A DNA stretch of 64,000 bases from the human T2T-CHM13v2.0 reference genome, Homo sapiens: the NCBI RefSeq assembly GCF_009914755.1, contig NC_060929.1. One strand, written 5' to 3'. This document shows positions 44,541 to 59,776 of this stretch, in pieces. Both the position numbers and the translations under genes were made by a program. The notes under the pieces are model-generated. The model saw nothing but the letters and a program-made list of their open reading frames with translations, ran no database searches and was not told where the DNA came from. The first letter of the stretch is position 1; every line of letters starts with the position of its first letter.

Positions 44541-45442
44541 CTCCTCATTAGAAGGGACAAACCTGAGATGAAGCTCTTATTTGGCAAGGTCTGGGTGATC
44601 TGGTGCACTCAGGCCTCTCAATTTATATGAAAAGTCAGAATTCAATTAAGGGAAGATGACATAAACCCAAGAAAAGCCTGCTAGAGATTTGCCCAGGAAT
44701 AGCCCTCTCCCCTGTCACCTGCCTGATGGGGAGCTGCTGAATTTTCACAGCATCATCCTCAAGGCTCTCACAGATCAGAGCAGAATCCCTGACCCCAGAC
44801 CCGGAATCTCTAAATTTGCGTGTGACCTCCTCTCCCTTTGTGGCACATGAAGATTTCTAGTGATCTCTCCAGGCAGAATACAGTATTCCTTCCTTTCCCT
44901 CACCGCCACCGCCATCAGACGCCAATTATATTCAATGTTTTCCTTAAAATGCAACATGAGACCTATCGTTGAAGTCTTGCACCAATTTTCTCTTCTTATC
45001 CCCAAACTCAGATTTGCACAGCAGGCCGCCACTTTATAGACAAAACGGTGCGTGGAGTTTGAAGCACACATATATGCCTATGACTCTTTAAAAAAAAAAA
45101 AAACGCTTTGAGGTATGATTGACATGAACAACTGTACATATTTAATGTATACATTCAATGAATGTAAATTCAAGGAGGCACCAGACGAGAGTTCCGGAGC
45201 TCCGTGAGGGTAGCTAAGGAAGCAAATGGGATGGGCTCTGCCAGGCTTAGGAAGGAAGAGGTGGTGTCTGAGCACTCACCTGGACTTCTGCAAGGTCAGC
45301 AAACACAGGAGCAGTCGCTGAGCAGCGGTGCAAACACACCAGCTCTCCAACGGGTGCTTCACTGCACTTCCCTGCAGAGACCATTCTAAACCAAACTCAG
45401 CGCCTGGGAAGGCTCTGCCCCTCAGGATCTGCCCCTCATCCT

Positions 45443-45970
45443 TGTGGCCTATTGCTGTCGACCTGACTGGATGGAGGGGTCCCTAGATGGCTGGTGTGTC
45501 TGTGAGGGTGTTTCCAGGGGAGATGGCATGGAGGTCAGTGGGCTGAGAGGGGAAGATCTGCCCTCAATGTGGGTGGGCACCACCCAACGGCTGGGGGCCC
45601 AGTAGGGACAAAGCAGACAGAAGGGGAACATTCAGCTCCCTCTTGCTTCCCCTCCCTTCTGGAGGGAGACACTTTTTCTCCTCCTGCCCTTGGACATCAG
45701 GCTTCAGGTCCTTCTGCCTTTGGACTCTGCAACCCCCTGGGGGCTCTCAGACCTTCAGCCTCAGACTAGGGGCTGCACTGTCGGCTCCCCTGGTTCTGAG
45801 GCGTTCAGACTTGGACTGAGCCACGTTACCAGCTCCTCTGGTTCTGCGGCTTGTAAACAGCCTGTCATGGGACTTTGCCTTCGCAACCATGTGAGTCAAT
45901 TCTTCCCAGTAAATTCTCTTTCACATGTATCCTGTTGGCTCAGTCCCTCTGGAGCACCCAGACAACTACA
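45443..45970 (+). mobile_element. MLT2 (B/D-type) ERVL LTR
   Basis: gtgtctgtgagggtgtttccag...gatctgccctcaatgtgggtgggcacca...cttggactgagccac...tccctctggagcaccc. Confidence 0.87.
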
Positions 45971-46362
45971 GCACAGGAAGCAGGGCTTCATCACAGACTG
46001 GGGCTGGGGGAGAGGCAGGAATAAAGGCTGCGGACTGTCAAAGATACCCAGAGAGGGGCTAGGAAGTCGGGAGGGTGGGAGGTGCAGCAGATGCAGCCAC
46101 CGGGCACCAAACTGCAGCAAGGTCTCTGACCCCAGCTTCTTGCACCTCACCACGGGATGCAGCAATTCCGCTCCTCGATACAGACCCAGAGGCCATGAAA
46201 GCTGGGACTTGAACAGGTATTTGCATACTCATGTTCCTAACAGCACTATTTACAATACCCAAGAGGTAGAAAGGACCAAAATATCCATCAACAGATGAAT
46301 GGATAAGCAGTTTGTGACTATCCAGACAAGAGAAGATCACTTAGCCTTAAAAAAGGTAGGGT

Positions 46363-46680
<318 letters not shown>

Positions 46681-46878
46681 AAGGAAGGGGATTCTCACAC
46701 ATGCTACTCCATGGAGAAACTTTGAGGATATTAAGCTAAGTGAAATAAGCCACACAAAAAGGATAAATACCGTAGAATTCCACTGAGAAGAGGTATCTAG
46801 AATGGACAGATTTACAGAGGCAGAAGTAGAATAGAGGTTACCGGTGCTGAAGGGAGGACGCGTGGGAAGTTGCGTTTA

Positions 46879-47216
<338 letters not shown>

Positions 47217-47406
47217 TTATGTTATGTATGTTTTACCACAGTAAAAAATGCATATAAAAAACTGATAGAACTGGATACCTAAAAAGAGTGAATTTTACTG
47301 CATGTAAATTATACCTCGAGGAGCTTGACTTTAAAACAACCTCTATCTTCAGGGAAAAGTTATAATTCATTCTTTCTTTATTCTATTCCACTAGGCTTGT
47401 CTGCTT

Positions 47407-47609
47407 GAGGGGAGTGGGGAGAGACAGCGAGAGACAAAGAAAGCTAAGAGAGAAGAGAGAGGAGAGAGAGAGAAAAAGAGGAAAGAAGGAGAAGAGAGAA
47501 GAGAGAGGAGGGGGGAAAGAGAGAGGAGACACGGAGGAGAGGAGACAAAGAGATAGGAGGAGAAGAGAGAGAAAGGGAAAGAGAGAGAAGAGAACGAGGA
47601 GGGGGGAGA
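47407..47609. repeat. GA-rich polypurine low-complexity tract
   Basis: About 200 bp almost entirely A/G on the plus strand. Confidence 0.93.
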
Positions 47610-48134
47610 TTACTAAAGGACAGTGTGTTGTTCCCAGAACTCAAGACCTGCCCCTCATCCTCGTGGCCATCTCCTCTCTTCTCCAGCCTCTCCTAATTAC
47701 ACGGTCTAAGCTGGTGACCCCAAGAGGACGACAGTTCTCCTTCTGTCCTCCATTACGAACTGCCTGAGAAGGACAGCCCCTCCCACGTGAGCTCACTCCC
47801 AGGACAATTAGCCTTGACTTGGTGGCAGTCAGCAGCACAGACATGACTTTCTGCAGAGGAAGGGAACTGTGCACGGTGGAGCCACCCACTGCCTACAGAC
47901 AACGGCTAAACCCTCAGAACTACATTTAAGGATCCTCAAAATCTGGCCCAAAAGCTTCTGTGTAAACCAAGGATGAAAACTGAAATGTGGGTGGGTCATA
48001 ACAGGGTGTGGCCTGGGACAGGAGCACAAGCAGAGAGCGGACCACAGAGCCTGGGGCAAGGGAGATTCCACGTCCCCTCGAAAGGTGTTCTGGTGAAAAT
48101 GAAACATCTTGATTTTTTTTTCAATTTTTTAATT

Positions 48135-48476
<342 letters not shown>

Positions 48477-48625
48477 TAATACAAATCGAATTTAATATTC
48501 TATTCAAATAATTTTGAATTGAAGAAGCATTGAAACTGTATTCAATATTACTAGAGAAAAGTGCTCAATATTATTATTTTTGAATAAAAATACTTGAATC
48601 AGTAAAAATAACTATTATTTGGCCA

Positions 48626-48984
48626 TGTTATGAACTGTATTGTGTCCCCCCAAAATTTATATGCTGAAGTCTTAATCCCCAGTACCTCTGTTTAAAGAGG
48701 GAGTTCAGGTCAAAGGAGGGAGTATGGGCAGCGCCTACCCCAACGGGACCAGTGTCCTCCTGAGAAGAGAATGTTAGGACTCAGACACACACAGAGGGAA
48801 GGCCGTGTGAGGACGCAGGGAAGGCAGCCGTCTACGAGCCAGGAGAGAGGCCTCAAAATGAAACCAACCCTGCCAACACCTTGATCCTGGACTTCCAGCC
48901 TTGAGACTATGAGACAATACATTTCTGCTGTTTGAGCTGTGCAGTCTGTGGTATTTGTTATGGCAGCTCAAGCAAAGAAATCCA
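48626..48984 (+). mobile_element. MLT1A/B LTR inserted into an L1M fragment
   Basis: tgttatgaactgtattgtgtcccccc...gtatttgttatggcagc; 5 bp TSD ggcca. Confidence 0.87.
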
Positions 48985-49199
48985 GGCCATAAAAAGGAAT
49001 GAAGCGCTGCAGTGATCCATGCCACAACGCAAATGCACCTCGAGGATGTTACACGAAATGAAGGAGGCCAGGCAAGAAGGCCACATCTCGTATGACTCCA
49101 CGTACACGAAATGTCCAGAACAGGCCAGTGTCCATCACCTGTTCCCATAGAGGCCCCACCTCACAACAGAGGCTCCTGAGAGGTGTCTGGCCTGGGCAC

Positions 49200-49425
49200 T
49201 GGGAGCACAGATCCAGAGCCAGGCTCTCTGTAGTAGAATGCCAGCTCCATAGTTTCTAATCCCAGGACGCTGGTTAAGTGGCTGAACTTCTCTGTGCCTC
49301 AGTTCCTTGTCCGTGAAATGCGGGTAATGACAGCACTTACCTCACAGGGTATGGAAAGGATTAAATGACTTCATTCTAGAAAGTGCCTGGCCCTTGGTAA
49401 GCTGCTCTTAAGTGTGATCTGTTAA
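49200..49425 (+). mobile_element. MIR
   Basis: ttctctgtgcctcagttcc...cacttacctcacaggg...ggattaaatga. Confidence 0.8.
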
Positions 49426-50841
49426 GGAAAGCTTTAGTTGTTGGTTGACTGTTGGTCTCTCACCCTTTAAATAGAAATTCCTTGAGCACAGGGACTCTGA
49501 CTAGCTATTCCTGTTCTCCAGCATCAGGCACTGAATGAGTGAGATTCTGGTCCTCGCTGTGAGGGAAAGGAGGTGATCTCCAGGCACCCTCAGCTCCCAT
49601 CTTCTGTGGATCTGGGAGCCCAGGACACATAGAAATCTCTTCCCCAGGCCATACACCATTCCTTATCTATCTGTGGGCCCAGCCCACACTGAACCTCAGT
49701 CCACACTGAACCCTGCTCCACGAGGCACGGAGTTCACCAGGCCTCCAACTTGCCTTGCAAAGGACTCATGCTTTGTAGTGGCCTCAGGGCTATTCCAATG
49801 TAGGAAACAGGTAGGGTCAAGGGTGCCGCTGGCAAGTAGGACCTACCCTATGGTGCCTTGCAGGCCTCCATCCACGTGGGCCACCCAGCCTCATTCACAG
49901 AGTTCTCCAGGTCAGCCACCTGCCCTACTCTGCACATGACACTCACACCAGCATTAACTCATTTTTGCAGGAGTAACCTCTGAAGACCAGCCCTCAAGTT
50001 TCAAGGCCCTGCCAGCCGCTCTGGCCATCTCCACACCTCCAAGGTTCCAGAGAGGAAAGTTCAAGGAAAGAGTTTTCTCTGTTGGCCCATTCAGGCCCGG
50101 GTAGGCCAGAGGTGGCCAGCAGACCTGACATCTGGAAATACAGTGGCTGCACGCAAAGGATTACAGGCCTTTCCAAAGCAAAGCTGCCGAACCCCTCGGG
50201 GACCATCTTCCTGGGCTGATGCACTGAGGACCCCTGGCCCTTGGCAGGGTCTTCTGCAGGGGAAACTAAATCCCACCAGCAAATGTCAATGCATGCAATC
50301 GTGACAGGCCACAAGTCACTGCCAATCCAAAACCTACTCTTTCACAAATCCCAGAACAGACTTTTATTAGGTATGAGCCACTAGCGTGAATGTAGCTGCC
50401 ACTACTTAAGAAATTGAATTTAAGCCCCTCTCTCCTGTATGTGGGAACATGAAGGTTTGTTTTGGCATTCAGATCTGTTTCCAATCCAACTGTTAGAAAA
50501 ATCACATTAGGCAGGGGTGAACATTATACGGGAGTGTGGATCACATCTTGTTTTGCAATACCCCACAGTGTCTCACTTATATCAAGAGGAGGCTGTGAAA
50601 ATCTTACAACATTCCTCTGAAAAATGAGCTTTCATTCTCCGACAAGGACATGTGAGATTTTGGTTCAGGAGACACTTGGAGAGACGACCAAGCCAGACAG
50701 CACACAGCCCTTCCTAGGAGAGATGGGAAGGTGAGCAGAGACTGGCCCAATAGCAGCAGGTCACATGACATGAACGTGATGTGTTGGGAGGATGGGGGTT
50801 GCTCCCCACAGGGACACCTCTGCATCAAAAGTGCTGGGTAA

Positions 50842-51152
<311 letters not shown>

Positions 51153-52209
51153 CTAACACCTTCAAACAGCCCCTTTCCACCTCATCCAGTATTTAGCAGC
51201 CCTCCTCTGTTAGTCACAGCAGTTGCCCTCCTGAGCCAGGCTTTGGAAGACCCCTGACATCGAGGTGGGCCACAGGGAACAATGACATTTTCCCACCTGC
51301 ACCAGCACACGCACATCTGCCTCTGGGTCCCGGAACGCCCAGAGACACATGTGGATGGCATCAAATGGTAGGTGAGGGTACAGAGTTTTCAGCCCCAATA
51401 ATGACATGCCCATAGTCAGATGTGGGTCTCGCAAAGCTGGGGTCACCAGAGACACTGCCAGTGTCTGGGACCAGCCTCCTCCTGGGCCTGCAGGTTGAGG
51501 TTTGCCCAGGACCCTGGCACTCAGTCTCCATGTGGGTAGTTGTTAGACATCAGCCTGCCGCCAGGCATGAAGCTGTGCTCCCTGCACTGCAGGCTCCCTG
51601 CACCCCGCCCATCAGCAGCAGGGCTCCCGGTGTGGCTGAGATGTCAGAGGCACCCTCTGCACAGCCTGAGATGGGACTAGTGAGGCCATGATGAACTGTA
51701 ATTCAGAGAGGATGAATTTGGGTTACAGAGGTTAATATTCTGCTCATGGTGAGAATCATAAGTGATCAAAGTCAAGGGCATAGAGGATGGTCTGACATAG
51801 CCCCAGACCTGAGGCCAATCGTGAACTTCAGTGAGGGAAAGACCCAGAGGCACTACTGGAATGAATGAATTAATGAATGAATGTAAGAACATTTAAACTT
51901 AACAGCCCGAATCCTCTGGAGAGATGCTAGATGCCACTCTGAGATGGGGGAGAAGGGTGGGGAGTTGACTGTAGGGCACCAATGCATGGAAAACAGACTG
52001 GGAAGGAATTTGCTAGCCTCAGATTATGAGGGAGGCTAGAACCATAGGGATGGAAGAAGCTGGTCAAGGAGAGTGGGAAGGGGGAGGAAGGAGAGAGGGC
52101 ACGGGGACCAAGAAACAGCAAGCTGCAATATGAAAATAGTGGGGGCTGAGCTAGAGAGGCTCAGGAGACAGGGTAAGTAAAAGATGGGAAGGAATCCCCA
52201 TAGCATTGA

Positions 52210-52445
52210 CAATGGTTAACATCTGTGAATGCTTTCTAGCCGTTCCAAGCACCTTCCCTATATTGAGTCTTTTAGTCCTCATGACAACTTTGGGCAATAG
52301 ACACTATTACTTTTCCTATTTTTCAGATGAGAAAACTACAGCCCAGAGAGGGAAGTAACTTTGCTGAAATAAGTAAGTCTATGGTAAGTGGCAGAGAGAT
52401 ACGAACCAGGCAGTCGAGCTCCAAACCCATGTTCTTAAGTGCTTC
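52210..52445 (-). mobile_element. MIR
   Basis: cctatttttcagatgagaaaactacagcccagagaggg. Confidence 0.78.
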
Positions 52446-52984
52446 ATTTCACCCCTTTGGTCAGAAGGGATAGTCAATAACTGAATCAACGCATGGGACA
52501 GGGTAGGAGGCAGGATTCTCACTGAACGAGCTTGTCCAGGGTACCTGAGTGCTGCCATCCATAATATGAGGGATTAAAATACCGACCCCCTTTCACCTGC
52601 TGGGAACAGAATGTGTGTTAGTATACTCTCAACTCTCTGGGGAAATGTCTTAGTATATACACGGTTTAGTTTTTAATCTTAAACAAGATGAGGCCCCGAA
52701 GCCACTCACTCTGCCCCTGCTCCACAATGAAGGGAAAGGGAGGTAAATGGAGACTCCAGTTCAGAACAGTCTGGACACAGCTGCCCATGAGAAAGAAGGG
52801 CAGAGAAAGGAATGCCTTCTTGTTCTACGGGAAGCCACGCTCACTTACTCATGTCTTAGGGATGAAGCTTCAGAAGTTGTAGCCGGACTAATTTGCATAA
52901 ATATTTCAGATTAATCTTTTTTGATATTTTAAGAATACATGGGAAGAAAATGTAAATGTAAAATATTTATAAACTTTAACTTAT

Positions 52985-53295
52985 TTTACTTATAACTTGC
53001 CTCTTCCCATAAAAGAGCTATTTAGGTAGATATGCTATAAATGTTACTATAGACATACAAGTAGAAATCATGACTATGACAAAGAGGAGGAAGCCCATTC
53101 TAAGGACTAAACAAGCCAATATGATTTGGCATCTGTTTTTAATCAATGACTGCTTCCTGGCAGCTTGGGCAAAAAGGGAAATAAGATGTATTACAAAGCT
53201 CTTGCCATAGACAGAGGAAGTAGGCTAATCCCTCTGGCAAAACAAAGCTTTTCCTGGCACTCAATTCTGAAAGAAATTTCTCATGTGAAATCTTA
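52985..53295. mobile_element. Possible L4 (RTE-X) ancient LINE fragment
   Basis: cttcctggcagcttgggcaaaaagggaaa...agcttttcctggcactcaattctgaaagaaatttctc resembles recalled L4 consensus. Confidence 0.5.
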
Positions 53296-54494
53296 CATAA
53301 AAAACACAGTGACTAATAGCCTTCTGAAACATGGGAGCGTGAGACCTGATTTTTAAGGCCCAGTGGCTTCATTGGGCCTCTCTGAGAGGATCCTTGTCCT
53401 CCTGAGACACATTGTCTTAAGCTCCTAGAATTCCATTTGGTTTCCTGGCTGAGGACTGAAAAATCTCATCTCAGAACTCTACGTCTGGTATAATGGCTGT
53501 CACGGTGTTCTGTGGATAGGAAACACTCTTTGAGTCAGTACTGCTACCAAAAGAAGCAAATGGTTTGTCAAGGATCCCACCCACTACATAGAAAACAAAA
53601 CCATGAGCTGTGCAGTGCCAGAGCAGCAAGGAACCTGAGGAGCCACGCGGTCCTAATGGCAACAGAGGCATCGCTATCAGGACACAGAGCCTCAAGTCAA
53701 CAGCAAAGGAAACTGGGCTGGAATGTCCAGCTTTGCTGCATCAAGATCCTCAGAAATGGCTCATATAGTTCCACAGCAGTGTATCCCCAGGGCTGCTGGC
53801 CGTTGGAGAAGCAAATCTGACCTGGAGGAAAAATTCTCCAATTTAGAGTAAGGAGTCCCACAAATGATGGTCAAGCAATGAGCTCATAATCAAAGATTAA
53901 CGTGGAAGAAGGCAAGGCCCTGTGGATGAGAGTCAGGAGAAACAAGAAGCAACAAAGATGTCTCTCCTCCATACCGAAATGACCAGAAATGGAATTACAG
54001 AACAGCTACACATAAAATGTTTACAGAAACATGTAATCACAAAGATAAGGAAACAAGAAGAGACTACGAGGACTGAGTAAGAAGTTTTGGGGGAAATGTA
54101 GCATCTATACACAAAAAGTATAATGGTTGAAATAAAAACATTTAATGGGTGAGTTAAATAGGAGATTAGATAAAGCTGAAGAATTAATGAACTGGAACAT
54201 ATATCAAATATATTACCAAGAATGCAATTTTATTAAGACATAATGTGGAAAATAAAAATGACATATGAAGAACAGAATGAGTCCCAAAAAGAAAGAATAA
54301 AAAAATTGGAGAAAAGGCATATTTAAAAGAGAATATATATAAATTTCCTATGACCAAGTTGAAGAAAAAGAATAAATTCACAACTCTAGGAAGCAAAACA
54401 TCTGAAACAGGATAAATAAAAAGAAATCAACACCTATGTACAACAACAGTACCCAACATCAAGACAAAGAAAAGATCTTAAAAGTATTTATAGA

Positions 54495-54612
54495 CTCTGG
54501 GTGCGGTGGCTCACACCAATAATCCCAGCAGTTTGGGAGGCCAAGGTGAGAGATCATTTGAGCTTAGGAGTTCGAGACCAGCCTGGCAACATGGCGAGAC
54601 CCTGTCTTTATT

Positions 54613-54615
<3 letters not shown>
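54495..54615 (+). mobile_element. Alu left monomer (FLAM-like)
   Basis: gggtgcggtggctcacacc...gagaccctgtct. Confidence 0.87.

Positions 54616-54616
<1 letters not shown>

Positions 54617-54672
<56 letters not shown>
54617..54672. repeat. (TA)28 microsatellite
   Basis: 56 bp uninterrupted. Confidence 0.98.
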
Positions 54673-54677
<5 letters not shown>

Positions 54678-55221
54678 ACTTAAAAATAAAAAAATAAAAA
54701 TAAAAAATTAAAGAAACACATTTTACCTTTAAAGGCATGACTATTAGAATGACAACAGATTTATCAACACAAATACTAGAAGCCAGCAAATGGTAGAATA
54801 TCCTCCGAGTGTTGAAAAAAAAGTATCTGACAGCCTAAAATTATGTGTCCAGTAAAACTAACAATTAGGCTTTGTGCATCTTACTATTTATTAAGTTTAC
54901 TTCAATAAAAAATGAGAAAAATAGTAGAGTGTGTGTATTACAACTGATAGAAACAAATGAAAAGAAGGGAATATAAACACAAAATAAGATCATTATAAAG
55001 GTGAGAACTAGATAAGCCTAGAAAAAGTGAGACAATTGGAAATATTTTTAAAATATTTTTAAGTCCGAATAAATCAATAAATACTACATATCTAAGTAGA
55101 GTAAAATTATTAGGTAAAAGAAACAGATTGACAATTGTATGATTAAAAAATCCAACTATGTACTGTTTACAGGAGACATGCCTAACGCATAAAGGACATA
55201 GACATATTAAAAGCAAAAAGT

Positions 55222-55553
<332 letters not shown>

Positions 55554-56718
55554 CTAATATCAGCCAAAAAAGGAAAGAAAACAGAAAAAACACCCACACA
55601 TAAAACCCCACAAAAATATCAACACTCTCAGAGAGATTTTTTAAACGCGCCTATGAAACCGGACATGGTGCTATTTTAAAAATTAGAGGATGAAAGAGAT
55701 CTCGCTGCCTGAAAAGGAGGAGAAGGGAGGGATAATTTTACAGCGGAAAAATCAGACACACGTTGCCCCACCAGATGACTCAAGCTCAACATCAGCAGCG
55801 ATGTCACGCTGATCTTACGTGCCTTGATACACTGTGATGAGGATACTTCACCTCTGTGACCCTCCTCCTACATCTCCATCAGCCCAGTTCAACCATGAGA
55901 AAAACATCAAACAAACCCAAGTTCAGGAACATTCTACAAAATACCTGACCAGTACTCCTCAAAACTGTCAAGGTCATCAAAAACAAAGTCTGAGAATTTA
56001 TCACAGCTAAGAGGAACCCAGGAAGATATGACCACGACTGTAACGTGGCATCACACAAACTGTCATGTCAGTCTCTTAAAAAGTTAATCGTATACCTAAT
56101 AAATGATCAACCATTTGACTCCAAGGAAATGAAAGCATGTGTTCATACAGAGACTGGTCCAAGAATGTTCCTAGCAGCCTTCTTTGTAATAGATAAAAAA
56201 CTGGCAACAATCCACATATCTATCAATTAGCAAAAGGATAAACAAATTGTGTTAGAGACATGCAATAGAATAGTACTTGACAATAAAAAAGAACAAATTA
56301 TTTATAAATGCTACACCATGGGTGAATCTTGATATAATTATGCTGAATGAAAGAAACCATATCAAGCAAAATGGTCCATACTGTATGATTACAGTTACAT
56401 AGACTTCTTGGAAGCCCATAATAAGTTATAGTAACAGAAAGTTGGTAAGTGGTCACCTGGGAATGGAGAGAGGGTGGGGAGGTACAGGGAGGAAGGATTA
56501 CAAAGAGGCAGGAGGCAGAGCTTACTCTGTGGAGAAGCAAAAAATAAAACGAAGAGGCAGGAAGGAACTTTTAGGGTGATGTATATGTTTATTTTCTTTA
56601 CTGTAGTGATGGTTTCATGAGTGTATGTATACATATATGTCAAACTTACCAAACTGTACACTTTAAATGTTAATTTTCCATTATATTTCAATGAGACTGT
56701 TTAAAAATATGAAATTGA

Positions 56719-57073
56719 GGCTGAGTGTGGTAGCTTGGGCCTATAATCTCAACACTTTGGGAAGCCGAGGCGGGAGGGTCACTTAAGGCCAGGAGTTGGA
56801 GACCAGCTTAGGCAACAAAGCAAGACCCCATCTCTACAAAAAAAAAAAAAAAAAAAAAAAGGTTTTAATTAGCCGAGTACTGTGGTGCCTGCCTCTAGTC
56901 CCAACTACTTGAGAGGCTGAGGTGGGAGAATCACTTGAGCCCAGGAGTTCGAGGTAGTAGTGAGCCATGATTGCACCACTGTACTCTAGGCTGGGAGGAA
57001 GAGCAAGAACCTGTCTCAAAAAACAAACCAAAACAAAAAACAACAAAACCCAGAAAAAGAAAAAAAAAAAAAA
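56719..57073 (+). mobile_element. AluJ
   Basis: J-type arms, expanded middle A-run, gaaattg on both flanks. Confidence 0.9.
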
Positions 57074-57637
57074 GAAATTGGATCCCTACCCCATAACATA
57101 CACCAAAATCAATTCCAGGTAGATAAACAACTTAAATGTGAAAAGCAAAAACATTAAAATTTTTAGAAGAAATTATGAGAGATTCTCTCTCTAAACTTGG
57201 AGTAAGAAAATGTTCCTTAAACAAGAAACAAAAAGCACTAACCCTAAAATGAAAAAACAAACAAAAGACAGATAAGTGCAACTAGATTAAAATCAAGAAC
57301 ATCTGTCAAAACAGATGTCAAAAATACAATGAAGAAAGTCACAAACTGCGAAATATTTTCAATAGGTGTAACATGACTTCTCGACTAAGGATTAGTATTC
57401 AGAATACATAAAGAACTCTTACAAGTCAATAGGGCCCAGTTTCTAGGTAGATGGAGTAGATATAGTTTTCCCTGTTTCTCCCACTATGCACAAATAAAAG
57501 CCCAGGGCATTATCTATAAAATATGCATATAAAAATGTAAGAAGACTCTTACCATGAAGAGAAGACAGGCCAACTAGGGACCTTGGGACCCAAGGAATGA
57601 TACAGCAGTCAGTTTTCTGGCTTTTCTTTTTACCTCA

Positions 57638-58071
<434 letters not shown>

Positions 58072-58481
58072 TTAGGCAACTGCCACTCTAGTCCCTCAAG
58101 AGGCTGTGCTGAGGTACGCCAACACCCCTGCTGGGGTAGCCTCAGACAAGGTTAAGTAGGGAGCTGGGCCTTCATGTGAGCAGGCCAGTGACAAGGCCCC
58201 ACCTGGGGCACCACTGGAGACCAGGAACTCCCACCCAGCCAGCCCAGCACTAATCAGGGCCCTGCCTTGGGTGTCAGCAGAGGCCTTGCGGGGAGCCTGG
58301 ACTTCCACCTCCACCCGCAGTGGGCGGCACCCACCCTTCCCCTACAGGGCCGTGTCAGGGAAGGACGGCTAAAACAGAAGGGCACTAAGAAGGTGTCAAT
58401 AGGACAAAGACCGACAATCTGATAGGGAATAGGCAAAATACAAGCATAGAAAAGAAGATAAGAATCACGCTACCTTCTTAA

Positions 58482-58843
<362 letters not shown>

Positions 58844-59512
58844 AACAAGAGTTGGTATTCTTATTTCTGCTTCACAGGATGTGACACACATACACTCTAA
58901 ACACATGGAAAGATCCTCAGTGTCCTTAGTAATCAGAGAAACTCTTGTGGTTTGGATTAACCACAAAGAGACAATAATTCATAGGCCATTTACACACTAG
59001 ATTGTCATGAAAGTAAGAAGTTCATCCACATCAAGTGCTGGAGAGGATGTGGAGCAACAGGAAGTCTTGTTCACTGCAAATGAACGTTAGGATGTTTGGA
59101 AAACATTTTGGAATCATATTGAAAAGCTGAACATTCACATAGTTGACGGTCCAGCAACGCCACTTCTGGGCATGAACCCTAAGGAAACTCTCACACACGC
59201 CAGAAGACGTGCACAGAGACGTTCCCGGCAGCACTGTTTACTGTAACAAAAAACTGGAAATACCCGAAGTCCACCATCACGCCCACACGCCCCTGAACCG
59301 CAGCACACGCTGCACGCAGTGTGACAGCACAGCACCAGGACTGAATGAGTGACAGCTCCCGACCACCAGCAGCACGGGCCAACCCCACACACGATGCCAG
59401 TCACAGACGAGCACAGTCAGGAACGTTAGAAAAACCCAGAACAATGAGCTTTCTATTTTATAAAAAGGAGAGAAAGTGGAGGAAAGATAAATTCTTTAAA
59501 AACGTCAATGCT

Positions 59513-59776
<264 letters not shown>

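Noticed and set aside
45690-46298. Longest ORF in the window (202 aa)
   Set aside because: Non-ATG start, runs from an MLT2 LTR into L1MB, no recognisable domain
47405-47767. R/E/K-rich 120 aa ORF
   Set aside because: Translation of the GA-rich low-complexity tract
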